DNA of 34,347 nt from Lenisia limosa (Eukaryota > Protista > Breviatea), in the NCBI GenBank assembly GCA_001655205.1, contig LPNZ01007768.1:1-34347 (forward strand), given 5' to 3'. How positions within the stretch are numbered: the first letter of the stretch is position 1; each line of letters begins with the position of its first letter. Below the pieces are notes generated by a model. The model did no database searches. It was not told the origin of the DNA and saw nothing but the letters and a program-made list of their open reading frames with translations. Positions 1 through 11,299 of this stretch are shown piece by piece. Made by a program: the position numbers and the translations under genes.

Positions 1-127
1 CTGTACATAGTACGTAGTGATTGTCTCATTGCTTCTCAGTTCTTTGTACGATAGTGGAGCTTTTTTAGAACTAATGTATCATAGTTATATCATATGTATA
101 TGTCAATAGAACGAAACCCAAACCTAC

Positions 128-3100
128 ATGCTCTATTGAAGCCCAGAATAGATCTCTCCCCGTTGTTGATCATGAATCTCATACTGTAGGCAGTGTCCTC
201 CTCCTAAGAGATTCAGGTTAATGGATTCATTCACGGTAAAGAGCAATATTCTTGAACACAGGTTAAAAAAATGATGGAAAACTATTATCTCCCCACAACC
301 CACCAATAAACAATCTACTTGGACGGCTTGACATCTCCCCACAACCAGCCGACTGTGGAAGATGATCTCGTGTCTGATGGAAAGAGTGTCAAGATGTAAA
401 GAGGATATGAAAGATGGATACAAATACTATGCATATATATACTCGAGGGGACCGAAAGCAAAAACTGTACCAAAAATGTAATCTCATTTCAGTGAATGTT
501 GAAAAAAGCATATTTGACACGTGTTTACCCAAGGTCATGAAGGCCCGCAAGGTGCATAACTTGAGTTATGTTGTTCGGGCTCAGGACTGGGGGGGGGGGA
601 GAGTAATATTGGAAAACTTATGAACAAAAAAACCCAAGTGTAAATACAAAAGTATTCGAATTCACACAAAACAATAGCAATTAGAAATACGGATGTGTTC
701 CAGCGATTGAATGAGAGAAGTAGATTCCCGAGGAGCGTTATTCCCCGAGGAATGCTACTCCTTAAAAGCAAGCTGTCCCACAAACCTGAAATTGAATCAT
801 CTTGGTAAAGCATAACCAGTTTGTCCAACGATGAAGAACTGACTGCGAAATGTTAAAGAAAAAGGGGCCGAAACGATAAATTCCTTCTTTATTCTGACAC
901 CCCTCTCCTATTCAAAGTCTGACACCCCTCTCCTATCCAAAGTATACTCTTTTAAGAAAAACAACTTAACTCTCATTTTCTCACAGAATTCGTTGACAAA
1001 CAGGTTGTCAGAAAGTGCAATATCCGTCAAAGTAACGTAGACTTTTGAATGCAGTCGGGCAGTGATCTCAGTAAACTCTTCAAGAGCGGCAAGGGTGGCT
1101 TCAAAAGACGACGGCTGTGATGCCAGGGGGAGCTACAGCTGACTTAGCCGATTCACAATAGAAGGCAAACGATAGAACACAAAAGGAACGCGAAGACGAA
1201 TCAACGGGTGAGAGTTCAGGTAATGTGTACCTATGATATGTAGTACATAGATATGGTATTGTAAAAAAGAGAAGACTTTGTGTGATGCGAAGGTTTCGAC
1301 CACATCACGTGATAATATTCTCTAACAAGGATACCTTGTTGGCCAGGCTAAGGGCTCGTGCGTTTGAAAACAGCCCGGCTGTGGATGATTGGAGGTCCCC
1401 AGTGTGTCTGACCGCAACTCCCAGGTCGTTAATCTAGAAGATTCGGTTAAAATATATAGATCATGTAGTAAAATATATCATATACAAATACTATTGTGCA
1501 TATTAGATAGGAATAGTAATCTCATGACAAATCAACAGAAAATTGTGAATTTCGAGGAAATAACGAGAAGGGACCGTTTATTGTGAAGAAACAACATTTA
1601 TAAATTCTAAACCCAATACCACCAGGCTAACGAATCCAACAGTGACAGCAATGAAGATGAAGTTGATAGTAATCAACAGCAGAGATGCCAAGAAAGTCAG
1701 TCTCCAGCTGAGAACCATATTGCGCAGCACAGGGGACTTGAATGTCGCCACTTTCTCATAGAATCGTCGTGCAACTGTTGAATCGCTAATGGGGAGGGGG
1801 GGGGGGAAGTAAAATTGGAAAATTTATGAAAAAAAAAGAGCCCAAATCAACTCTTTTGGCTGAAAACACATAAGGGTTGATAACTACAAAGCAAACAAAG
1901 ACCAGGCCAGTTGCTTCTGCAGCATTGTATCCCATCACTCCGGCGTACTTGATAAAATCAAAGTTGTGGGAAGTAATTGCCAATCCACACGAGTAGGTCT
2001 CAAAACACAACTATTAATCCCCCCAATCCCAACACGCAACCAACCGGCCATCAATTTACTTGCAAAACTGTCGCAACCTCTTTCATTATTATTACGCTCA
2101 AACTGACAAAAGACCACCTGCCCACCTGCCAGCTGACGACAACTGCTCACTGTCTTTGATATCAAGTTGAGAAGAATTCTATTGGGGGAAAGGTCACACA
2201 ATATACAGGTTTAAGTTATATATACGTGTACGTACGTTCTGACACACCCATTTCAGCTTACATGTCTGGGGTATTCGCCATCGCTTCTCGAGGTCGTAAT
2301 GAAAACTTCAGCCTCCTCATCCTTAAACGCCACTCTAGATCCCCCACTTTCAAGGGAAGGTAACGCAGGGGGTGTGAGGGACGGTCGAGCCATAGGGATT
2401 GTTTCGGAGATAGAAGACCTTGAGGCAACTGATCCCGGGATGGATTGGCAGGGACATTCGTGTTCGTCTGGGGGAGATGACGATGTAATGATGTCTTCAA
2501 GAGAGGCTGCGGTCTTCGGGGGAGAAGGGTTGGGATTGGGGGATTCCGGCCTGGGAGAGGACGTGGACAAAGTTGAGAGCTGCGAGGTGGTTTCATTATG
2601 AGAGCTTGTGGGAGAAGGTGGTAGGTCTGGGGGAGGGGGTAAATCAAGAGGATTCAAAGGTGAGAGATTCTTGGTAGAAGGAGAAATAAAATAAAAAACA
2701 TCGGAAGCAAACCCCCTTCTCACCATCAATTAGTGTGGTTGTTTCACCTGGGGCTTCTGCGGGATGCTTCATTGGTGCCTGTGGGGTCAGCAAAATATGT
2801 CTTCACAATGGGGGTTAGATCATTACCTTCTTGGTATCTCGAATTTATCAAAGGCAACCTCTCACAAGACCAAAAACGTGAATTTGCCGAAAGGCACCCC
2901 ACCTTTAATCTCGTGGAAGCCTGGACAGCAGCTAGAGAAGCTCGTCCCGGGCGGGCTTCAGCCCCCCATTCGCCATCGTCATTGTCGACTGAAAAAAGAT
3001 GATGATGAGAATGTAATAAAAAAGAAAAGTTGACTCAAAAAACGAAGAGGAGAATGTAAACAATCACACACAATTTCTAAGGTTTTCGTTTTCGATTTCC

Positions 3101-6100
3101 TCAGCAAGTTCGAGGTACTTTGTAGCCAAACGTCTATCGTTACTGACGTTCATGAGGAACATAGCGTATGACCTCAATACTACGCGAGACCGAGGGAACT
3201 GTCGAAGCAACTTCTTGTAGGCATCATCTGGGTTAAGAATAAAAGAAGTAATACGAGAATAATCATAATACTATATTCTGAGTGCCTGGGGGTGATATTA
3301 AAGAATACACGAATTCTTCTCATATTTTTTGTGTGTGCTGCTGTGGTAATTAACACAACATGACACTCTTGAAATGAATAGATATGACATGATATTATGT
3401 AAAACTAATACATATGATAGGTTCATATCATTTACAGTATATCATGTGATACAGTACATACATATCATAACCTTCTCACCTGACTTCACCCTTGCCCGCT
3501 CGATTTGAGTTGCCTTTTGGGGCAACTTGTTCATGTCAACTTCCTTTTTGAGAAGAACCTAGATGGGTGAGAAAAAGCATTTGTACTGTTGAAAATAAAA
3601 GGTCCAACTCCGTCCACCTGCCAAAACCCTTTGATTCCTTCCAGGGCTTCCATATGGCTTGATTTCGCCACGGAGTAGTTTCGTCGAAATCCAAGATAGT
3701 CAACAACACCTATACAGAATAACACAGATAATGACGGGTCAACAACACCTATACAGAATAAAACAGATAATGAGGGGTCAACAACACCTATATATGATAT
3801 AACACAGATAAAGAGGTCAACAACACCTATACAGAATAACACAGATAACGAGGGGTGTCAACAATGTTGTGTTGTTGAAAAAGGAAAACATAACCCATAC
3901 AATCTCACCAATAGAGCTGTGTTGGCCTGAAATTTGCTCCGTTTCACGCTCCTTCTCCCATCTGAAAGTCAGCTTTGTTCAAATAGTGTCTCAAGCCAAA
4001 TATTGACCAGGTTAGTTTTCTGTGACTTAATGTGAACCTCTGTTCATGTAAAGGGAAATTGTGGTGTAAAATCAGTAAAATAATCCAACAAAATTCAGGA
4101 GCAAAAATTTGAGTTGATGATGACAAATATATTCTTCATCCATTATTTTATTTTGTATTTTATTAATCGACTAAACTCACTGTCGAGCTTGAAGATAGAT
4201 GGAGAACCTTCCGGATAAGTCGGGGTTGTTCCTGTGGGTAAACAAAGTCAGAAAAGAGTATTAAAATTTGAAAGAATGAAAGTTCAAGTTAGAAACACCC
4301 AATGTGGTTTGGTACTGGTTGTCAAGTGTACTAAGCTTGCTCTACACAAAAAGAAAACAGACAATCACTTTACCCCGACCATTAACCTCCCCAGTATACA
4401 CCCCTCGCATAAACCTCCCTCCTTCCAACTTTTGTGCGTGCTTTAATTGAATCATAGCTTTTCCTGGGGCATACTTGTACTTCAGATAGAACATTGCGAA
4501 TCTCACTGAAGGGAAGTGAACGAAAAAATGTCCCGAAACCCAAATTAACACATGGCACNNNNNNNNNNNNNNNNNNNNNNNNNNNNNNNNNNNNNNNNNN
4601 NNNNNNNNNNNNNNNNNNNNNNNNNNNNNNNNNNNNNNNNNNNNNNNNNNNNNNNNNNNNNNNNNNNNNNNNNNNNNNNNNNNNNNNNNNNNNNNNNNNN
4701 NNTCTGTAGATCTTTTCAGCCTGTCCGACCCGAACATTACACATTGTCTCGTTAAGCTGAAAAAGAAGTCAAAGAAGAAGTATTCGGGCATTTTTGAACA
4801 ACATTATCAGCTTGATGGTCACAATTCACCCCCAGCAACGCTCAAGTATCTTGTCTGGATTTCGACCTCAATTTCACACATGAATACTTCCGGGGGGTCT
4901 CTGTTGATATTGGAGCAATCCTCCTGAAAATTGAATCAATCCGTTAACGAAAAAAGCAAACATAAGCCAACATGCCCCACTAACAGCTTCACCGTCAAGC
5001 CAACCCGACTTCTTTCTCTCATCGTATTCAAACAACTTGTCTAAAGAGAATCAGAATATCTTCGCAAAGAAAAGGCCACAAAACAAAAGAAGCATCACTA
5101 CACTCACCCACCCAAGCAAAATATTATCAAGGAAAGTACAAACAGAAATGCGAATGTAGTAGTAATCTATGTTATCTATTCCTTAAAATGTGATACCCTG
5201 TGAATACTCTGTTCAACCCACCGATACTTTCTTTGAGTGTAGACTTTCGGAAAACAATCCATCTGCTAAAACCCCACAGGGTACCCAATGCAAACGCAAC
5301 TAGAGGAGATTAGCAATCAAAACAGAAAATTCGCCAAAATAAAAAGGGGGGGGGGTGGATAAAATATCATTCAGACAGACAGAGAAAAAAAGCAATACCT
5401 CCCCCGTTGATGCACTACCCACTTCCATCATACTAACAAAAATGCAAAAGACGGCAAGGTTCAATGTCGAATCGGATCTCTTAAATGTCAGACAGAATAT
5501 AATATCAGGTTTAGTATACCATATAGCATAAGATAAGATCATCTCATCAAGAAATATAAATTCGTACAAGCCGCCTGTTATTATGTACGAGGCTCTTACC
5601 AGTAGAACAAGAAGCCATGCAGCAAAAGCCCCTCCAGTGGCCCCTCCAAATTGAATCGCCCGCTAAGAAATGTAAAAAAAATAACTTCTCCAAAAAGCAC
5701 TTCAGTGAGCCCCGCGCCGCAAACAAATCGACTCCAAAAGAATTTATAATACGCCGGACGTTGTATCATCGAAGCTGTGGCCCATCCAAGTGGCACTGCC
5801 AGAACCAAACAGGCAACAAGAAGCCGGGTCTGACTACTTAGCTCAAACACCCGAAAGAAAACTACCCAAGCCGTCTTAATGAGTAGGTATCTAGACCGAA
5901 ATAAAAAGGGCAAAAACAGGCGCCAACCTGAAATCAAACCAAGACTCAGGGCGGGCTAGTAGCGCCTTACTTCGAGGATTGTTGTCATAAAAGAACAGGG
6001 ATATCAAGAGACCAAAGGAGACAATGACGAACATCATTATTGTAGAGGTGACTGAAAGCAGTAAAACGAAGATTTCAGTTATTTACTCATTTGGTACCGA

Positions 6101-7278
6101 AGACGAACTAACCATATCGTCAATTTGTCGGTAACAACTAAACTCTCCCGATCATACTGGAATACTGCAGGTGTTCTAGACCCCAGCAGCTGTCAGAACG
6201 ATCAATGATATCATACACGGGGGACTCCTGATTAGAACAGCTCAGGAAGGTCGTGAATAACTGGAACGTTAGAATGGGTGACAATAATTTGATATATTCT
6301 AGCTAAATATATTTATTATAATCAATTATAATTGAAAGGAAGACAAAAAAGGGGGAATGTTCTGGTAAATATTTTAAAACTCACATTGAGAAGCGGTACA
6401 TAGAAAGATGTTGCTATTAATGCAGCAACAACTCGCAACGCCTTGATGAGAAGAACGGGGGCAGCACCACTCTGGTGTTCAGTAAACAAAGTTACACAAA
6501 TCTTGGTTGGAAAACAATGCTGATTAGCCAAACGTGTACATTTCACCATCCCACCAACCAAAGCAACTTTCTTGGCAATACAGTAGGACAACAGCATTGT
6601 TATCAGAACAAAAAACGAGGCCGACCAGAAAAAGAGCTTCCACAGCCTGTGAAGACTGTCAAAAAAAAACACGTACATGTTCAAGGTTTTGGCAGTCATC
6701 CATCATCTGATATACTGTATATCACATTGTAAATAAGGCAAAAATATGGCAATTAAATGAAAGAATCCAATTCCCACTCTGAATCAGCAGAGATCAGGTC
6801 AACAGGGGCAGTAAAAAACTTCAAAAAGTTGCCAAGTTCAGAGAATGAGTCAAGAACCCCGGTAGCTGAAATAAAGTTCAACACCTCTAAAAGAAGGGGG
6901 ATTAAACTTACAATACATAATAATAGAAACCCAATTAACTCAATTCAGGCGTAAGTATAATATATGAACAGATTTTCCAAGAGACTATTTCACACTTGCT
7001 CATTCCCTCAAACGAAAAGAGTCCACCAAAAGAGACATAACTGTCAATGCAGCACCTCGACTTTGCCCTGTTAGAAGTTTGAGAAGAAAGCGTAATTAAC
7101 CACACCAAAACCATCCTCCCAATCTAGGATTATGCCCCTAGTCCCAACAAGCCGTCTTACCACTAACGAGCGTGTGAAGGAAGCTGAAAAGAGCGTCCTC
7201 GGTATTAGATCGGACATAGCTTTCAAGGGGGTCAGTAAGTGTGTTGGACGAAGAAATGACGGTGGAAGAGCCTTCCAT
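128..7278 (-). CDS. TmcB/TmcC (tiny macrocysts)-like multi-pass membrane protein with TPR-like region; multi-exon, 3' end probably lies beyond the left edge of the window
   Basis: ATG at 7278 (MEGSSTV...DALFSFLHTLVS). Spliced exons give LLVDSFQVLNFIS, LIKALRVVAALIATSFYVPLL, FMCEIEVEIQTRYL, VRFAMFYLKYKYAPGKAMIQLKHAQK, PDLSGRFSIYLQAR, RWEKERETEQ, NYSVAKSSHMEALEGIKGFWQ and DDAYKKLLRQFPRSRVVLRSYAMFLMNVSNDRRLATKYLELAEEIE. These match my recollection of TmcB/C-family motifs. They are followed by a Ser/Pro-rich linker and another TM segment (WRLTFLASLLLITINFIFIAVT). Family assigned by motif recognition, not by database search. Confidence 0.7.
287..346. repeat. 14-bp direct duplication (atctccccacaacc at 287-300 and 333-346) covering a predicted donor site
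   Basis: Exact 14-nt copies 46 nt apart. On the minus strand both read G|GTTGTGGGGAGAT. Confidence 0.7.
893..942. repeat. 25-bp tandem duplication inside an intron
   Basis: tctgacacccctctcctattcaaag followed by tctgacacccctctcctatccaaag (one mismatch). Confidence 0.9.
3699..3862. repeat. 39-bp tandem repeat, 4 copies plus a partial copy, straddling a splice acceptor of the TmcB-like gene
   Basis: Unit gtcaacaacacctatacagaataacacagataatgacgg starts at 3699, 3738, 3777 and 3816, with a partial copy at 3857. The copies differ by a few substitutions. Confidence 0.95.
4559..4702. other. Assembly gap (N run); further gaps at 7631-7697, 16627-16712, 16968-16980 and 20539-20605
   Basis: Runs of n. 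Three of the five gaps lie next to or near C/G homopolymers. Confidence 0.99.
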
Positions 7279-7786
7279 AATTTGAGGAAATGGGTGGGAG
7301 TGGGAGAAGATTCTCTACCTTCTAGTTGGGTGATTGAGCTCCTCTTTAATACCACGATGTTAATGATATTTATTTCAAATTTATTCCGCATCAGGCAGAA
7401 AAAAATTCTAGAAGATGAATGACGACAGAAGAGCGACAGAAATCGCTGCATGCTGCATTGGTCCACCATATGCTGCAAAAAGTAATTAAGTAAATTAAGT
7501 AAGTATAGTAATGGTGTTTGAATGTGTCTGAATTGTGTAAGGTTAGAGAGGCAGGAGCAAGGCAAGGCCATGATGGACTCCATACCTGGCCCATGCTGGG
7601 CCATGCGTCAGTCAGGGCAGCAGGCTCGGANNNNNNNNNNNNNNNNNNNNNNNNNNNNNNNNNNNNNNNNNNNNNNNNNNNNNNNNNNNNNNNNNNNCAG
7701 GTCTGTCAAATATGCCAAATGCAAATCGTATTAATATCATCAACAGTACAATAAAAGATATCTGAGAATTACCTTAGAGGTTAACA

Positions 7787-10700
7787 ATGAACCGTGGTCC
7801 TCTAAATGAAGAGCCAGAGACCGGCCAACCACCTGTTAACCTTTTAATACCAATTGGAGCAACTAATATAACACATTCACCACTCTTTTCCAGCCCAAGT
7901 ACAATGTCAGCTTTCTCACCAAATTATATCTCAAGTATGTTTGGCTTATCAACTATTGAAATGATTTATGTAACATTTATGTATCATTTTAGAGTATTTT
8001 CTCGAAGATATACTGACTTTTCAAACTCACCAAAATTGTTTCTCCGTACCTTGGCTCCTGGTGTTCTCTTCTTTTCGATATTTTAAATTGCAAAGTGTCA
8101 TTACACTTATTTAATGACTTATCCGTCAGATCCCAATGCAGTACCACTACCTTCCCACTACGTACTCAATCCTCGAGGTAGGCTTATCACTTCACGCTTA
8201 TCGCACTTTTATTTCAAGTACATGAGACTCCAGCCAAAACTCGTGTATTTGAACAATTTGATACTCCCGAATTAAGTTTTTGAATCAGTAAACAAACCTC
8301 GCCTCAAATAGAATGTGTCATTTGGCAACCAGTGACCAATTAGACCACATGGCACCGTCCGTCTACTGTAGCATGCCGTCTCCACTAAACCTGTGGCCTA
8401 TGGCTGCAAGAGACTCTACACCACAGGCATCAAGGTAAACGTCACTAATGCTATGGTTCATAATTGACGTATTAGGCTCACACAGCCGACACCACCCTCA
8501 GCCCCTTCCAGCCCCTCACCACTTCTCATGACCCCAAATCCTAGCACAAGAAGAACTGAGGTGACATTAATTTTTTTTCTCTTAATTTGTGCAATTTAAT
8601 ACTTAATTTTCTAGCATCGTCGCAGTAATCTCAGAAATGCTGCAAATTTCACATGGGGTTCCATTCTTCAAACTGAGTCACCAAACGGTTGGTGGTGTGA
8701 AGTGACGTTACTTGTAACTTTCAGAACGAAACGACTCAAGAGTACCGTCAAGGGACTATGATTCTCCAAGCCCATCTGAAATCATAGGGGACTTATCCCT
8801 TCAGTCAATCACTCAGCCAAGACCTGTATGTCAAAAATCTCACTTACATATCAGAGATCAGCAGCAGTCAGTAATATGGTTGACATTCTTGACAATGATA
8901 TCGATTCGCCATTACCACTAGGAACTGTTGAGGTACGTGCCCCAATCTTATTCATCGTCCAGACGATAATTGCGTCACGAAAGAAAGCGCGGCTTGAAAT
9001 CAGAGAGGGACCTGGAGGGCTTGCCTCTGCTGCCACTCCTCCTGATGGCATGGGGCAAAAGAAGCGAGATTTGACAATGGTAGTTGAAGACGGAGAAGAG
9101 AGCATGGTGAGAAAAACCAAGATGACATCACAGTTCAGCCCAAATTTGTCAGTCGCCGTGAGAGACCACATAAGAAGTTATCAGGCAATTCGATTAGAAG
9201 AACAGCGGGGTCAATGTCTAAAAACCTCTTCAGCGCACTTCAAACAGCTTCAATATCAAGATCAATTGACATGTTAGTTTGTCATCAAGCCTTACACAAT
9301 AGGAGAATGAAGTCGACCATCTCTTACGTGAGTCAGTGTTACGTGCCTGCCACTCTTCAGGAGTATCGGCTTACAGGAATTGAGGGTAGTGATAAGATTT
9401 TCTGCAGCGTATGGCTAAACCAAGATGTTGTCATTGCTGGATCAAAAGACGATGTGGTACGGTTATTAGTCTCATTCTTACCATTCTTAGCTCTTAATTT
9501 GGGATATTAAAAACAACAACCACTTTACTGTGGGCACACCAGGTATGCCTTTTTAATATTTTGGTAATTGTTGTAGCAAGTTTCCAACCACCACAGTCAC
9601 ATTCAGGAATCCATGCCATGGGGTAGGCTGGATGTTGTTATAACTCTTTAGTATCAACCCAAGTGGTACTCTTTTAGCTACAGGAGCGCGTAACCCAAAT
9701 TGCATCTCAATTTTTTCACTTCCAAGTGTCATTCCAAAACTGGTTATTGAGGTAATTCTTTATTGTGTTGACAATTCAGGGGCATAACGACTGGGTGTTT
9801 GACTGTGGATGGCTTTCTGACAATGTTTTGGTTTCAGGTTTGATTAACATTGAAATTGATAGCTGCAGCTTCAAGAGATACCACTATCAAAGTTTGGGAA
9901 ATAGACAGTAGCAAATTCACCAATGATATTCAGGTACTAAGAACAACCACAAATTCATTTTAACCCTTCCAGGTATACAGTGAAAAGAAAGACGCAATTG
10001 TGAAGGTAAATACACCTCCACTGACACCGAGATCCCCCTTTTCCAGTACGTCAATTACCACACCATTTATTCGCATAGGCGATGAAGCCAGTGAAATCAG
10101 CACTTCTGGTGTATTCCCAAAAGCATCTAATCAACTCTGGAAGCCTAAGTGCGTTGTTTGTACCCGTAACTGACTATTCAGGCTACCACAATCTCCGGCT
10201 CGTATATCAATGGTCAGGTCACACCACCATAACAAAGTAAGATTTCAGTTGATTTTTTGTGATTCTTTAGGTTCGAGCGTTAGGCTTCGACAAAGTGAGA
10301 CAGGTAAAATGGGACCTCTCGCTTTTTTACCCTTCATTACAGGTACATTTACCTTTTACCGCCTTAGGTTTTTGCCTCGCTATCAGCTGATGCTTCTATA
10401 CGCATTTGGGACTACAGCACTGTGTCGGAGGTAAGCAACAAACTGACATAGCCTTGTATTTACATTTCAGGTGGCATGTATCCCAATGCCAAGTGCCCAA
10501 AGGGAGGAAGTATGTCATGATGATATTCTGACTATTTAGCTGGTGTGCCTTGCCATGGACCCTGTATCAGGGCTGATTGCGGCAGGTTCACAGGTAGGAT
10601 AAAAGTCCGAATTATTGACTGTAAGGGCCACATCACTCTTTTGGACCCACGTTTGAAATCGGCTGTTGCAGTGATCAACAGCATTGGTGATAAATGGGGT

Positions 10701-11120
10701 AGGATTGGTGAGGCAATTTATTGCGAAGGTGTACGGTCGCTGTTATTCAATGGGCCCGTGCTATCAATGGGACTTGGGTGCGGCAAACTCTCCTTTTTTG
10801 ACATGAGAAGAGGTTTGTTGTGTCACCATAAGTCTGACGGACCAGGGCAACATCTAGTGGTTCGCCCAGACCTTCAAGGAGATAGTGGTCTGTACCACAC
10901 CATTGGATTTGGATGGAGAGTGAGCGGCTTTGATTAATAATATCTGCAGAATGAGCCACTGTCAAGCACAAGCTACCCAGACGCTATTTATACCCATTCA
11001 TTTTCACCTGCTGGAGACAAAGTAGGCTTGGTTGTGGAGTCATAATTGCTTCAGCTGTTTGTTGGCGGTGGGCCTCTCCAACTTGGCATGAGAGGATCAT
11101 ATGCATCCATTTGGAACTGA
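7787..11120 (+). CDS. DCAF12: DDB1- and CUL4-associated factor 12-like WD40 protein (multi-exon); WD40 part about 9300-11120 is firm, the low-complexity N-terminal exons from 7787 are tentative
   Basis: Spliced translation includes [111 protein letters not shown] and PDAIYTHSFSPAGDKLFVGGGPLQLGMRGSYASIWN*. This is colinear with human DCAF12 ([69 protein letters not shown]). Confidence 0.88.
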
Positions 11121-11299
11121 ATCACTTCACCCATGAACTGTACAAGGGAAGTGGCGAAATGTTAGAAACAGGACGCCTTTCATATTTGTGGGATCTGTAA
11201 ACTATTTGTACTAGAATATATTCTGAGCATTCAAATTGAGGGATACACAGTAATAAATATTTGTTATAGAACCAAGAAAGCAAACCCACCCAAAACAAA

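Noticed and set aside
3699-3862. CRISPR-like appearance of the 39-bp repeats
   Set aside because: The units are directly adjacent with no unique spacers, the context is eukaryotic and intronic, and there are no cas genes.
7132-7422. Plus-strand 96-aa ORF as a possible transposon fragment
   Set aside because: It is antisense to exon 1 and the 5' region of the TmcB-like gene, and has no transposase or RT motif.
7760-8330. Possible small minus-strand spliced gene (LISQTYLRYNL...WLFI*)
   Set aside because: No convincing start or family resemblance. The same DNA is better explained by plus-strand exons leading into DCAF12.
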